From positions 408,906 to 472,905 of the forward strand of contig RHPI01000818.1 of NCBI GenBank assembly GCA_009103225.1: DNA of 64,000 nt. Reading direction: 5' to 3'. Made by a program: the position numbers and the translations under genes. The DNA is from Chlorokybus atmophyticus (lineage: Eukaryota; Plantae; Mesostigma and Chlorokybus algae). The notes under the pieces were generated by a model. The model saw only the letters and a list, made by a program, of their open reading frames with translations. It did no database searches and was not told where the DNA came from. Each line of letters opens with the position of its first letter. Position 1 is the stretch's first letter. This document shows, piece after piece, positions 25,045 through 37,199 of the stretch.

Positions 25045-26859
25045 GCCTAGTCATGACAAAGCGTTTATGGTTAGGTACGAACCATGCAAAGTCACCGGTC
25101 CAAACCGTATCGTATAAGGCGCTGCACGGTCCGCCATAGCAGGACCCCAGGGCCACGGCACCGCACTGGTCCTTGTGCAAGAACCAGCGTCATGTACTAA
25201 TCCGTGCCGCATCATATCTGGTGCGGCACGGACCATGCGAGGTGCAAAACTGCGCGCCAAGCATTGAGGCCCAAAAAGAACCATGGATGGTCCGGGCCCC
25301 GCGGACCAGGTACTCGTTGTCCGCGGGGCACGGACCATGTATGGCCCGCGGGGTCCGTGGAAAGGCCATGCATGGTCCTTGAACATCAAGCCGTGTGCAG
25401 CTGAAGGAGAACACAAAAAAGATGGCTTGGAGGAAGCACGCGATGGGGGAGGTGCAGAAGGCAGTGAAGGATTAGGAGCAGAAGGAGGAGCTACCGAAGG
25501 AGGAGGAGCAGAAGGACACACAGGAACGTACAAATGATGAGGAGACGTAGCAGAGTTGCATGGCGAGTGAGGGGATTGCATGCTTGAAGGGATATGAGCA
25601 GGCGGAGGCATTGTGAGATGAGAAGGAGCAGGAGTAGGTGGTGGTGGAGGCCACACCGAAAGCCCAACACTGACAGAGGGGGGAGGCGGGAAGGGAAACA
25701 TGTGCTGCTGACCAGCAGAAGCGTAGTTTGTTGTGTGGTTGCCGCCGTCAGCGTAGTCGTCACCAACAAACGATCTGCCTGTACACAAATAGAAAGACAT
25801 TACAAGCGAATCACAATAATAAAATATATACTCTTTTTGAGATATAATATACCCTTTAAAGAATATATGTATTATGTGGTAGTAAGACATCAGAGGCAAA
25901 GACTCACCCAAAGTCCCTTAAGGATGCATGGGTGCAAAGGTGAGTATGAAGCAGGGGAGGTAGGGAAGGGAGACGGTTGTTGCCAATGAGGCGAAGGGGG
26001 AGCATGCACACGTTTAAAGGGCTGCATCGATGGGCAATATGTACTTGACAAGGCAAACAAGTTACAAACATAGTAGACTGATAACAATATCAATGAACAA
26101 AGACTAGCAGTTATCTTGAGCTGGTGGCAATGTGACATTTGGCAACACGGCAGACAATGGAGTCGCGATCCACGAGTGCGGGTGACAACATATTGATGGG
26201 GCTGCAACACCGGTTGTTGCATCCACGATCGCCGCAAAAGAAACAGCACCACTGCCGTCTACCAACAAACACACATTAGCATGCTGAATGTTGCACTATT
26301 TAGAATGCATATTGCAACATATAAACCTGGTGGGAGGGACTCTGGAGCTCTGGAGCGGACAAGTGATGTCCCCGTGCTGGTAAGCAAAGAAGCCGATGCA
26401 GGCTGATGATGAAAGTTGGAAGGAGTGGGTGCCTTCAAGGCTAAGTTAGCAGCTGGTACACTTGGCTTCGTGACCCAGCTACGGTGTCATCATCATCGCT
26501 GTCAGCGTTGTTTTCGCAGTCTTTTTTTTTTATCCAATGCAGGATCCGCATACCATCAATGAGGATCTACATCTTCGGTGTTGGTGCTGGTGCTGATAGC
26601 TTGCTACATCATCTTATCTCTGTAGTCACCTTGGCCGAAAAGAACCCTGTTCACCAGGGTTTTCGCCTTCAACACCTGTATTGCCGACCGCCTGCGAGAC
26701 AAGCAAATGAAAAGCAAACGGGGCAAAGCAACAACTGAACATGCAACAAGCAGCAACAGAGCCTTGAGGGGCGAGTGTATAAATGCCACATATGCGGACA
26801 GGGGCTGTAAACCATGCGGTTCCTGCAATGTTGCGATGACACGAATAAAACATAAAACA

Positions 26860-28130
26860 GAAGTTACGTTTTGTAGGTGAGCATGGACATGACGAAGCGG
26901 TGTTCAGTGTATGCCACGACCTCCGTAGCAGTAAAACCCTGCTTGATCATGATACTGGTGACAGTACCATGCCCAGCTTCATCAATGGTTGTGTGGGGAA
27001 TCATGCATTTATTTGTAATACGTGGAACAACTTCACCAATTCTGTTTTCCCCCATGCATTGAGCTTTCAACCTACAAGCACAAAGAACAAACAATCAGCA
27101 CATAAGTAATTACTATGTATGTTTATAAACAACACACGACAAACAATATGTGTCCACTTACTCAGCAACAAAGCCGCCACTGAGATGCATCTTTGCACTA
27201 ACCAGGAACTAAGGCTTGCTCACCTCGGCTTGCATGCGCATCACTTTGTACATTTGCACTTGGTGAACCACGCGACGTCTTTAAAATTAGCAAATACCAC
27301 TTGCGTCTTGCACTGCACGTTAGGACGTGCCATTAACACTTGATGGTTTTTTGTTGGGTCTGCTGGGCCGGTACCGTAAGCACATGCCAGGATGCTTGAG
27401 GTTGACAAACCTGATACCAACATCAAACATTTATGGTGAAAAGAGCAAGTTGATGACACAGCAATAGAAAGCCACAACAATAACATAATCTAGCACTAAC
27501 ATACTTAGCGTGAGCTCTTCGTCAAGAAGACGATAGAGGAATTGACGGCCCCCACCGCTAAAAGCCACCAACAAATAGTAGGCGACTTGTCATTAAAGAT
27601 GTCCGCATTGGTGTCGGCAGCCAACCAGTACTCGCATTCATGTATAATGCTCTTGGAGATAATAAGCTGCCAATGCTGCATTTGCTCAGCAAGACCTTGA
27701 TTAGCAGACTGCTCAACCTTACGATTGCCAACATTCAGAAAGAGAAGAAATATCGGATCAGAGCGGATTTTCAGCACAGGGTATGTTGTCCCGTTGATAA
27801 TGTTCTAGTTGACTGTGAATCTCCGCAAACCACAGCAACCAAGTTTGCATATGCAGTCACACAATACACATACATACACCTTTCCCTTGCAATAGTGGAC
27901 AAGTGCATTCGCGTAGGTCTTCAAAGTGCCAATCCTTAACAAGCTGAAACCATCGACACGCTCCGAACTGCAAGTGCATGGCAAAGTTAGTGCATTATTA
28001 TACAACACAAGCCAGGCAACAATCCGTGCCATAATTAGGTTCAGAAGTATGGGTTGAGGTCTTTCTTATGTGTAAAACTTGGTTCACCAGTCAGCAGAAT
28101 ATCCAATTCTTGAATGATCGCTGCTTGATC
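26860..28130 (-). pseudogene. Crypton-like tyrosine recombinase relic, multi-exon
   Basis: KDLNPYF...RVDGFSLLRIGTLKTYANALVHY (core-binding-like), MGENRIG..., and IMIKQG...YTEHRFVMSMLTY resembling the TGHRS-x5-Y catalytic end. Degenerate. Confidence 0.5.
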
Positions 28131-31100
28131 ACTTGTCACGGGACGACTTGATAACGCCACAATGGCCACGAAACACACTTCGTGCTTTTGTCGCCTAGTG
28201 TTTCGTTACATCACTGCTTGATCGCTGCTTACGATACCTAACAGCATAAGGAAGTCATTAATTATCAACACAACAATTAAATACACTTACGGCTTACATG
28301 TTGGAGCGCCCAACCACACCGCAATTGATTGCCTTTGTGTTCTTGGCTACTTTACCAACCCTTTAATAGGCTAGTTTTTCAGCAGACAGCATACGCAAAG
28401 CCTTAGACGAGCTGGCATTGGATGTACAAGCAGAAGCAGCAAGGCTTGCGCTCGCGTTTGGGCTTTTGAGCAGGCACGGATGCAACAGGTGCATAACGTT
28501 CAGACGTCGCAGCAGCAGATGAAGCACGACCACCCGCAGATTCTATTGGTAACTGTGTCGCACATGCTGATAGATATGGAACATCTGCAGTAAGTGGTTG
28601 TACTTGCAGGTGTTGGGGTGGAAGTTGCGGGGGGTGGGTTGACGGATGGGATGCAAGAACATAAGGCCGAGGAGGCTGGTTAGAAGATGAAGGGTGCTGA
28701 CTGCGAGGGCCTGAAGGGAATGTGGGATGGGAAACATAGCCAGAACTTGCCTGGTTGACACGCGCTGTAAGCACACCAACTGCAACTTGCGAGATACATA
28801 TTTGGCAATCAAAGCAAACAGGAATGCAACTGACAATGATGCTAAGTTATCGACCTAACAATTGTTGTGAACAGCAGGAAGTTCGGCTAAAAGTAGTTGA
28901 GAGAAAGGAGCCCTCCCGGGAGAGTCCAACCCCAAAGCAAGCTGTGTAAGCAGGCAAATTTCATCAAGCTTCTCTTTTTCGTTTTGAATGACACTTTGTA
29001 ATAGATACAGGTGTTACACACCAACAGCAAACAGAAATACAAGCTTGGTAAGAGTGTGAGATGTACATGTAGAGAAAGACATGTAGAGAACCAGATGGCA
29101 GATGGCAGGTTGGCTTGCACAGTAGGGTCTCGAAAAGGATTAAGACCGCGATTGAAACCATTGGGCAAAATACACGTATTGTCATTGGGTTTTTAAATAT
29201 GAAATAAAGTAGGAAAGAACTAAAAGGCATGTAAACAGCAAGCAAGCAAGCAACCACATCATAAGCAATCGGCCGGGCAAGCAGATGCAGAAGCAAACAA
29301 GTATACCAGTTACTCCAAAAATAATAAGTTGAAAGCCAGCCAACATACACAAGTCACACCAGACAACGTATACAGACAACAAGCCAACAAGCAAGCAACT
29401 AGACATAGAATTAAATAAAGTCCAAATTAGCAAGCAGAGGTAGAAACAAGTGAATAATAAGCAATTAAGTGGAATTTACATTGAAAAGGTCGACCCAAAA
29501 GTTGCCAGAGGGACGATAAGGGGAACTAGGAAGAGGAAGGCCGAAGGCAGGAACGTTGTCGGTATCCGCCGGAGCATCGCCGTTCGTTATTATAGCTCAT
29601 GGGACGTCATGGTTCATGCAGCCATGCCGACTGCCCCAAACAACACCACTGCCTACTCAAACTCCTCAAAAAGTGCAACAGGAGATCAAGTAACAGGCTA
29701 GCCCATCCCCACCCCGATCACTCAAGGGGACGTACCAGGTCAAGGGGCAAGAGCAAGCATTACCTGCGCCCTTTCCCCCACGTCGCCCCCGCCGTTGCTG
29801 ATGCTGCCACCAAAATCGTAGCAGTAGTTGGCTGCAAACCTGCTCGGGGTAGAACGGCGGTCAACATGAAAACTTTAAATGCATAACAAAAGCTGTTAGA
29901 GCAGAGAAACGAATTGTGAAAGGTAATTAGTGTTTGGAATAAACTGGAACCAAACGCTCACGTGCAAATAAACGCTGTACATAAACCGCCATGCACCATA
30001 GTTAATGCATTGGCTAAACCTAACTCATTTGCTATGCCTAACCACACTCGTCGTGCTTATCGTTTAAAATTCAGCGGCAATTGTGCACGTTGCACTTTGC
30101 CCGCGCAGAGTCAAACGGTACGCATCACATGACGCGTCACTCGGTTTAGGGTTGTGGGTACCGAGATGGTGCCCGGCGCTGAATGAGTGATTAAGCTGCG
30201 TGGCCCAATTATAAGACAGTGAAGAAAGACCATGCGCGAGGGCTGTCCAATGAAGGACGGCATCGAGGTGTTGCATCGATGAACGCTAAACGACAATGTG
30301 ATTGAGACAATGTTGGTTATTGATTAATGTTAACGGCATAATAAAGCAGGTAGCCACGAGTCTTACCACAAAAAATGACTGTGTTACTGGGGAAGATGCC
30401 CTGCTGTGGCTATCACCAGCATATGGTAGTTGCATAATTCACCGAATGGTGGTTGATATGTTCAGTTATCACTGCATGCTAGGTGGATAAGATTAGTGAC
30501 AAGGGTATAAAAACGGCTCAACGGCTCAGTTGTAAGCGGCCGAGGAGTCCGCCTCGTCTACAAGCATACTTAATACAAAAATGATCTCCGACTTGTGGAC
30601 AACTTAATGCATGGGGGCTTGTCCTAACGTGCGCAGGCACCAACAGTCGTGGGAGAGACGCGGGAGTGACTGCGCCACTACCGGTCACCCACCGGCTTCT
30701 CACAGGACGACTAAAGACTCGTACGATATCGCCCTCGAGCCGATTTAATTTGCCGGATAATAGCCTCTCCCTCCGCTCGACGCGTAAAAAAGGCTCTTGG
30801 GTAATGTCCTCTACGCACATTGTGTAGCAGTACGGTGTGCTGGGTAGGCAGCTACCCAGTACACCGTGTCTGGGCGGGCGGATACACGGGGGGGGGAGTG
30901 ATAGCAGCCTTCACGCAGTCGTTGCCAGCTGGCGTTGGCCGTGTGCCTTCGCCATGCATAGTACTCGTCGTCGCTAACGTCGCTAACGTCGCTAACGACG
31001 AGGATGCCGTCATGCAGTACAGTGTCATGCCAGCGGCTACAGCCTCCTGCGTCATCACCTACCAGCTTCTGCTTTGAATCTGCTGCTGTGTTGTCAGTCC

Positions 31101-32290
31101 AGCACCCGCTGCTGCTAACAGATGGTTACATCAGGCCCCTACCTAGCCCTCTGATGTAAGTATAAATTGCTTGCTGCCAATCAGCCTGGCCTGGCCGGAA
31201 TGTGAACACGCATTGGCATATGCACTGATATGATATGCTGCACAGTGCTTGCCCAAGTCGCACCGCTGATTACAGTGCAAGGCCGCCGCACTTGGTGTAA
31301 CGCCTCCGTTTTCTGCCTGCCAGCAACAGTAGCACCAGCAAGTTACCGTTTACATTACCGTTTACATTCTGTAATCAGCGTACAGAATGCGTGACCAGTC
31401 CCATCGTGCTGGGCGGCGGCGGTGAGGAGAAAGCGGAGGACGAGGAGGTGGTGGTTTCAAGGGGTTGTGAGGTTTGTTGTCTTGCTCAGGCTGCGTTGGA
31501 GCGGAACAAGCACTGGTGCAGGGCCTGCAGCTCCACTGTGCCTAGCAAAAACGACGTAGCAGGCAAGCTTGCCTAGAGACATGGCCGCCGACGAGCCTGT
31601 TGCCATGGGTTGGAGCGAGCTCCCCGCGGACAGCTTGGAGACCATTGCCTTGAAAGCTGGGCCACGCGCAGCAGCAGTCATGGCGTGTGTGTGCAAGTAA
31701 GTGCCAGCGGCTTGTGTGTACCGTACGGCTGGTCAGACGGAGTGAAAGGACGTCTAATATGTGATTTGAGCAGCCGGTAATCTCACAACTAGAAACCTGC
31801 ATGCTGTGTGGGATCCGACGTATGGTCGTGTTGCTGCAGCCATGTGTGGAGGCTGTCGTCATGACTTGGCTGGAGTCCATGGTCGCAGTTACATGTGCTA
31901 GGAGTCCCATCCAAGCTGTTGTTATGCTGTATCGACACAGAATCAACTGCAATGGTTGCTTGATAGTGGTGTAATAGTAGTGCAGCCTCCTTGATGGCTA
32001 GTGTTGGCTCAGCATTCAACGGATGCATGTTCTGAACAGCCGGCTGGGAGGCGGATGGTTGGTTGGCTGACGTGTGATTGCTGAAGTTGCAGCTGATTGC
32101 TACAACAGCGCGTGCTGGACTGAACTAGTGACTGCCAGATGTTGTATACCGCCACTGAGGTCCTGCCATTGCTTGCAGGCATTGGGCTGCAGAATACAAG
32201 CAGCAAGAGGACGTCTGGCGTCGTTCTTGCGAGAGAGACTTTCCGCTTCATGCCGAGCTGAAGAAGCTGAACCCGGCAAGCTGGCGTGCG

Positions 32291-33439
32291 GTGTATTGCA
32301 GTGCCAGGGACTGGCCAAATGACCATAGCTTGCAGCGCGAACATCGTTTGCTGGAAAACTGCTGTTTGCCAGAGGTGTTTCCAATAATGGATCTGAGGCA
32401 GTACAGATCGGTGGGAGTATGTGTCTGTGGCGAGCGCGTGGTTTCATTGCTGCAAGGCCAGTTTGAGCTGGGTGCGCCAGTACGACACCTCTTCCATGTC
32501 TGGCAACTGGCTGACAACACTTGCACCTTCTTCATCCCTGACTCGGGCACTGTCATTCCGTCCTGTTGGCCTCATCCTCGTCCACAGCTGTATTGGGATG
32601 GCCAGCTGTTGCAGCTCAGTACCCTTGAGCCACTCCGGAACGGTTCAGTATCTCGATGGGACATTGTAAAGGGAAAATGCATGTCCTTGCAGTTATTTCC
32701 AAGGCTGTCCAACCTCCAAGTGTATGGGGACATGCTATGTGCTAGGTGCTCAACGGGGCTTGGTCTGTACAAGTTCCTTGATGGGACATGGCAGGTTAGT
32801 AGCAGATGGCCTGCGGACCGAGTGACACGGTGGTTGCATGGACGTTGCTGCCTGGCTCAAAATGGAGCTGCATTGGAGCTGGCGTGGGTATCTGGTCGTA
32901 GGCTTCGCGTGCATGATGTGACGCACAACCTGGACTTTGATGATGACGAACGTGTTGAAGACTACACCAATAGCACGGGCGACTTAGGCCTGCTGCTGAC
33001 CACGCATTTCGTTCAAAAGTTGGTGCTGTTGCCTACCGCTGTTGTCGTTGTGTTGATATGTCGGAAACTGACTCGAATGCGAAGCAGCGCACGAGTTCTT
33101 GTGCACTCGAGGCCCTCGTTGGGATGCATCGCCGACATCTCCGTGCCAGAAATAGGCAGCTGGACTATTGATGTAGCGAGTGGAAGTGCTGAGCTCGCAA
33201 TCTTGTATGAGGTTCGGGTGGCAGCTGAACAAGGCCTGCTGCTATGTAATACGATTACCGGCAAGGTGAGATGGCTTTGGTTCGACTCACAAGCGAAAGT
33301 CAAGGTGTCACCTGTAGCCCAGCGTCTTTGCTTTAGTGCTGGTCATGAATACAACCTGTACCAAGTTGCATTGCAAGTCGGTTCTGTTATTATGCAAGAC
33401 ACAGTGAGTTTGAATACTTTTGTAGTTTGCACGGTGTAA
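32291..33439 (+). CDS. Long intronless ORF of unknown function (beta-rich), with a possible degenerate F-box upstream at about 32130
   Basis: 382-codon open frame. Upstream LPDVVYRH*...ACRHW is only weakly F-box-like. Confidence 0.4.
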   Translation: MYCSARDWPNDHSLQREHRLLENCCLPEVFPIMDLRQYRSVGVCVCGERVVSLLQGQFELGAPVRHLFHVWQLADNTCTFFIPDSGTVIPSCWPHPRPQLYWDGQLLQLSTLEPLRNGSVSRWDIVKGKCMSLQLFPRLSNLQVYGDMLCARCSTGLGLYKFLDGTWQVSSRWPADRVTRWLHGRCCLAQNGAALELAWVSGRRLRVHDVTHNLDFDDDERVEDYTNSTGDLGLLLTTHFVQKLVLLPTAVVVVLICRKLTRMRSSARVLVHSRPSLGCIADISVPEIGSWTIDVASGSAELAILYEVRVAAEQGLLLCNTITGKVRWLWFDSQAKVKVSPVAQRLCFSAGHEYNLYQVALQVGSVIMQDTVSLNTFVVCTV

Positions 33440-35046
33440 ACACAGCGTAGGTTCACAGTCCATTGTACTATCTTGAATGCAACGCATGTGACGACATTAT
33501 GTATCTGCAAACATGTGAATGTGGAAGATTGAAATACATCGTGATTGAACTTCTTGTCTATATGCGGATTAACATGCATGCTGAGAAATCAATTATCATC
33601 CGGTGAGACTACTACTTCATAAGCAAGTGCCAGAGTGTCAAGCAAGCGCGCATAGGATCCCAAAGTAGTCCACATGATGCCATGCTATGCCATATTTCAC
33701 ATGTGGGTTATTATTCCGGGAAGGTTTGCCGTGAACGTGCTCACGCATTAGGGCTGGCCCAAGCCCTTGGTGTGTTGTGCTATGCTATGCACACGTGCAG
33801 TTACAGCTGCGTGGCAGGTATTACAACAACTGCGAGTTGTTGAGGGGACTAGGGGTAGTGGAGTGGGCTAGCATAGGCACATAGCCTGGTGGTGTAATAG
33901 AATGCTACTAGCATTCTAGCCATCAGCACATACAGTGTATGTGCTGATGGCTGCGGGCATGCGCACTGATCATCAGTGGCATGCAGTAACAGAGTGCGCA
34001 TATCCACTTTGATCATGTATGTCCGAGCACCCCGTACACACCAACATCATCACTTACCCACATCCATAGTCAAGCAACATGCTTCACATAAAAACATTCA
34101 TAGCCGAGCCCTTCGAGCCAACCCCACCCTCAACCCCATGATCACCTATCACAGTGTTGCTCTACTTGACTTGAGTTAGGCAAACACATATACGCATGCA
34201 CACGTTGCATCATTGACGATCATGGCTGCCGTTGTAACTGCCGTTACCATTGTACAAAGTACGATAACACACTTGGCAAGGCCTGCAGGCAAAAATACTC
34301 AACACAGGCCGGCCTTACACAAGGACATAAGACCAGCAGCAAGGCCATATGGCGGCGCTGTCAATGTCCACAGGACACACAGCACTGCACTCCGCCCCGC
34401 CCACCCCCTTCCCTCCCCTGCTCTATTGCTGCTGTGGACCTGCGTAGTTGAAGAGGGACTGATAGTACCCTCTGTTGCAACATGTTGGTTGGTCGTGTGT
34501 GCTACCTGCTCAAAATCACATCCCTACCTGCCCACTATCCCGCCTAAATTTGCACATAGCACACTAGTGCACTTAGTTGCAGCCCCTAGTGTAATGGAGT
34601 TGGTCTTCGTGGTTGTTGTCTTGCTGCTTTTATGCATGGCCGTGTGCATGAATGTGTGCATATGCTTTGCCGTGGTGCTATGCTGGTGCGTGCTTGTGGG
34701 AACTGTGAAAGCATTGGGTGAGTCGCATGCTAGCTGAGCGCGCCCGTCTTAGGCATGCGCGGTGAGGCTGAGATTGTGTGAATGTAAACTTTAGTGTTTG
34801 ACTTTTCCTGCAGTGTGTGCACATGCTTGCGTGTGCTCATGTTTGCTTGTGATTTTTGTTTGCGGGCCCTGTTGCCATGTGCATGAAATACCCGATCTTA
34901 TACCATATGCATGTACATGCATATGCACGAGCTCGTTAGGCAATACTGGTACGATTGCATGTATGCGCCCGGTAATACACTCGTTGATGTGTCAATCAAC
35001 TGACATCATCATTGACCTTATAATAAAAGCAATTGAACTTTAACAA

Positions 35047-36080
35047 TGTAAAGGAGGGGTGCTACGGCCCCCTCAAATCCTCTACGCCAACATCGCCGGC
35101 AGGCAGGCCATCGACACCGCCGCCGCCAGGGGCAATTGCCGGAGCAGAAGATCCCCTGGCTATGGCGGCCGCTGCGTTAGCAGTGTCGCCATACAGCTGG
35201 TATCGACACCAGACTCATGTCTCGTGTTGATATCAGTGTTACAGATATGTCAACCACCCTCGCATGCCAGTCCTCCTCGAGCATGCCTACATCCAGCCCC
35301 AAGCCCGAGCTACCAGCATGAAGACCGCGCGCGCCCCAGCCTACTGCTACTTCATACTTCATGTAGCATATAGCTAGGGCTACTCTACAGACCACTCTGT
35401 ATGAACCGCGCGTAGCTGATCAGTTAGGAATCTGTTATCAGCTCATGTGCTATATCGAGTCTTAGAGGATTTTCGTAGTGGCATACGGCATCGATGTGAC
35501 CGTTGGCCTAGTGCCCGCGTGGCACTGCACAGTTATAGTTTGACATATATAAGTAGGAAGTCATGTCACTAGACTTGTTGGTGACATTGTGAATGAGTAC
35601 TAAGAGTAGAGACTCCGACTTTAAGAGCTTGTGAAGCAACTTGAACTGGAAGCACACCGTGCCGGTTCTCAAGAACTGCCTTACTGCGTGAGACACAGTG
35701 TATGCTCTTGTGCGCTATGTTTGTCGTTGCTGTGAGCTTAGCGGTGGTGTGTTTGCTGCATCAGTTAGGACATAGCATCTCTGAGCTGCTTGTTCATTCA
35801 CCTCACTTAACAGTGTAACACATCATCCACTCACGCAAAAAAATGTGTATACAGCACTACCTATCGTAGTGGCTTGTTTACTCATAGTGTCACCCTTTTT
35901 GCTCAAGTGAGTGCGTCGCATTCTGCATCAGATAGTGCAGTCTGTATCCGGGGATACATCTCTGTGCATTCGTAATCACTGTTATCACATAGTGCGCAAA
36001 CAAGCACTAGTGTGGTGAGTGGTAGCAGCATCAAAACAGACAATATAGCACAAACACTCTACCCTGCATACACTGTCACA
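35047..36080 (+). repeat. Candidate ~1-kb LTR (TG...CA) of a Gypsy-like element
   Basis: TGTAAAGG...GTCACA ends, upstream of gag/protease remnants. No second copy in the window. Confidence 0.3.
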
Positions 36081-36115
36081 TGTGGACTAGCTGTATGAGC
36101 AGGCCCACCCCGTTC

Positions 36116-36505
36116 TGTTGAAGATATTCCTACATCCAGGCGGACGGTCAGCTTTCCCTCTGTATAGGAATGACCGCGAGAAGGCTCTAGGCGAGGACTC
36201 GAGTCCGGAGTCTGGCGACTTCCGGGCTTGCACGAGAATCGTCATAACTCGGTGATTACTGCACCGATTTAGGCGTTCAAGAGCTCAGTAAATAGCCCTT
36301 AAAAGTAGCTACAAGATGTATTTTATAACGCAGCAATCAAGTAAGTGTAGCGAACGTGGTAGCTTCTAAAGTAGACAGGTGTATTCTTGGCGGGTATAAA
36401 ACCCGCGGACATGATGGCAATAGATGGTCTTGGTCTTGTTGTTGCAGCCTCTTGGCGTTGATGTTGGGTGGCGTGCACACATGTGCATGTGTAGGTTTTT
36501 CAACG
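36116..36505 (+). repeat. Copia solo LTR (family 2-like)
   Basis: TGTTGAAGATATTCCTACATCC start shared with 49992, GGCGGGTATAAAACCCGCGG TATA region. No matching TSD. Confidence 0.75.
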
Positions 36506-36835
36506 TATCTCAATAATGCCTTCTTGTCAATGTAGCATTGTTGCTTGTCGCAACAGGGCAGTGCGAAGTTGTTGTTCTCCGACTGAGCCTGCTCCATCCC
36601 GTTGTGTACACTCCTGTGGTGTGAGGTAGCCTCTTCCTGGATCCCGTTGATCGTCCGGCAAGTCTTCCAACAAGGTGGGTAGCAGCGGGGGGATCACCCC
36701 CCTGGTTTGTTGGGCCAGCGCCAGCGCCTGGTCAATGTTGGGCTCAACGATGAAAGGTGTCGTGCTGGACGATAAGCCAGTAATTGTCGGTTGAAGAACG
36801 GAAGCGCGAGCAGCAGCAAGGGCTGGCGCACTGCT
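36506..36835 (-). repeat. Inverted, diverged copy of 37535-37860
   Basis: Reverse complement aligns over about 330 bp, e.g. TGTTGCGACAAGCAAC(A/C)ATGCTACATTGACAAGAAGGCAT. Confidence 0.85.
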
Positions 36836-37199
36836 GTCACCGACTCTACTACAGTAAGTCGCACCGGTCCCGCTTCAGCTACAGGAACACATGTGTCAGC
36901 GAGCGTTGAGACCACTCTCGCGCCACTAATCGGCACTATCGCAACCACTACCAGCACCATCGTCGAGTCCGCTGCCACTGCAGCGACGCGCGCAGCCACG
37001 TTGCCCGCCCTTGACGCCACTCAGGCTGTCCCGCGAGGTCAGCAAGCTGAGCGCGTATGGGAGACCATCATGCGTGGAGCAGATCCCACAACCATTGCTT
37101 TTGGGCGAGAAAGAGAGCGCACCACGCGCAGTGATCACGTTTTCCCCCCGCCTGAATCACTCGGCCAGAGCACATCCACATGCAACTGGAGGATGAAGT

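Larger units (their letters stand above)
12844..25397. mobile_element. CACTA/CMC-type element with CACAC TIRs, 3-bp CAG TSD and GGACC-rich subterminal repeats; no transposase of its own seen; contains nested or captured genes
   Basis: Left end CACACCGCCTGACGTTCAAAGACCATAAATGG vs right end (reverse complement) CACACGGCTTGATGTTCAAGGACCATGCATGG, 26/32 identical. CAG at 12841-12843 and 25398-25400. Removing the element rejoins the flanks in frame (NNGTDPA|AEGEHKK). Confidence 0.85.

Noticed and set aside
25012-25050. Hairpin + CTAG as the 3' end of the RepHel-encoding Helitron
   Set aside because: It is on the strand opposite to RepHel and upstream of it, so it cannot be that element's canonical 3' end.
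30531-30820. Possible solo LTR (TGTAAG...GCACA)
   Set aside because: No TSD, no second copy, no PBS or PPT.
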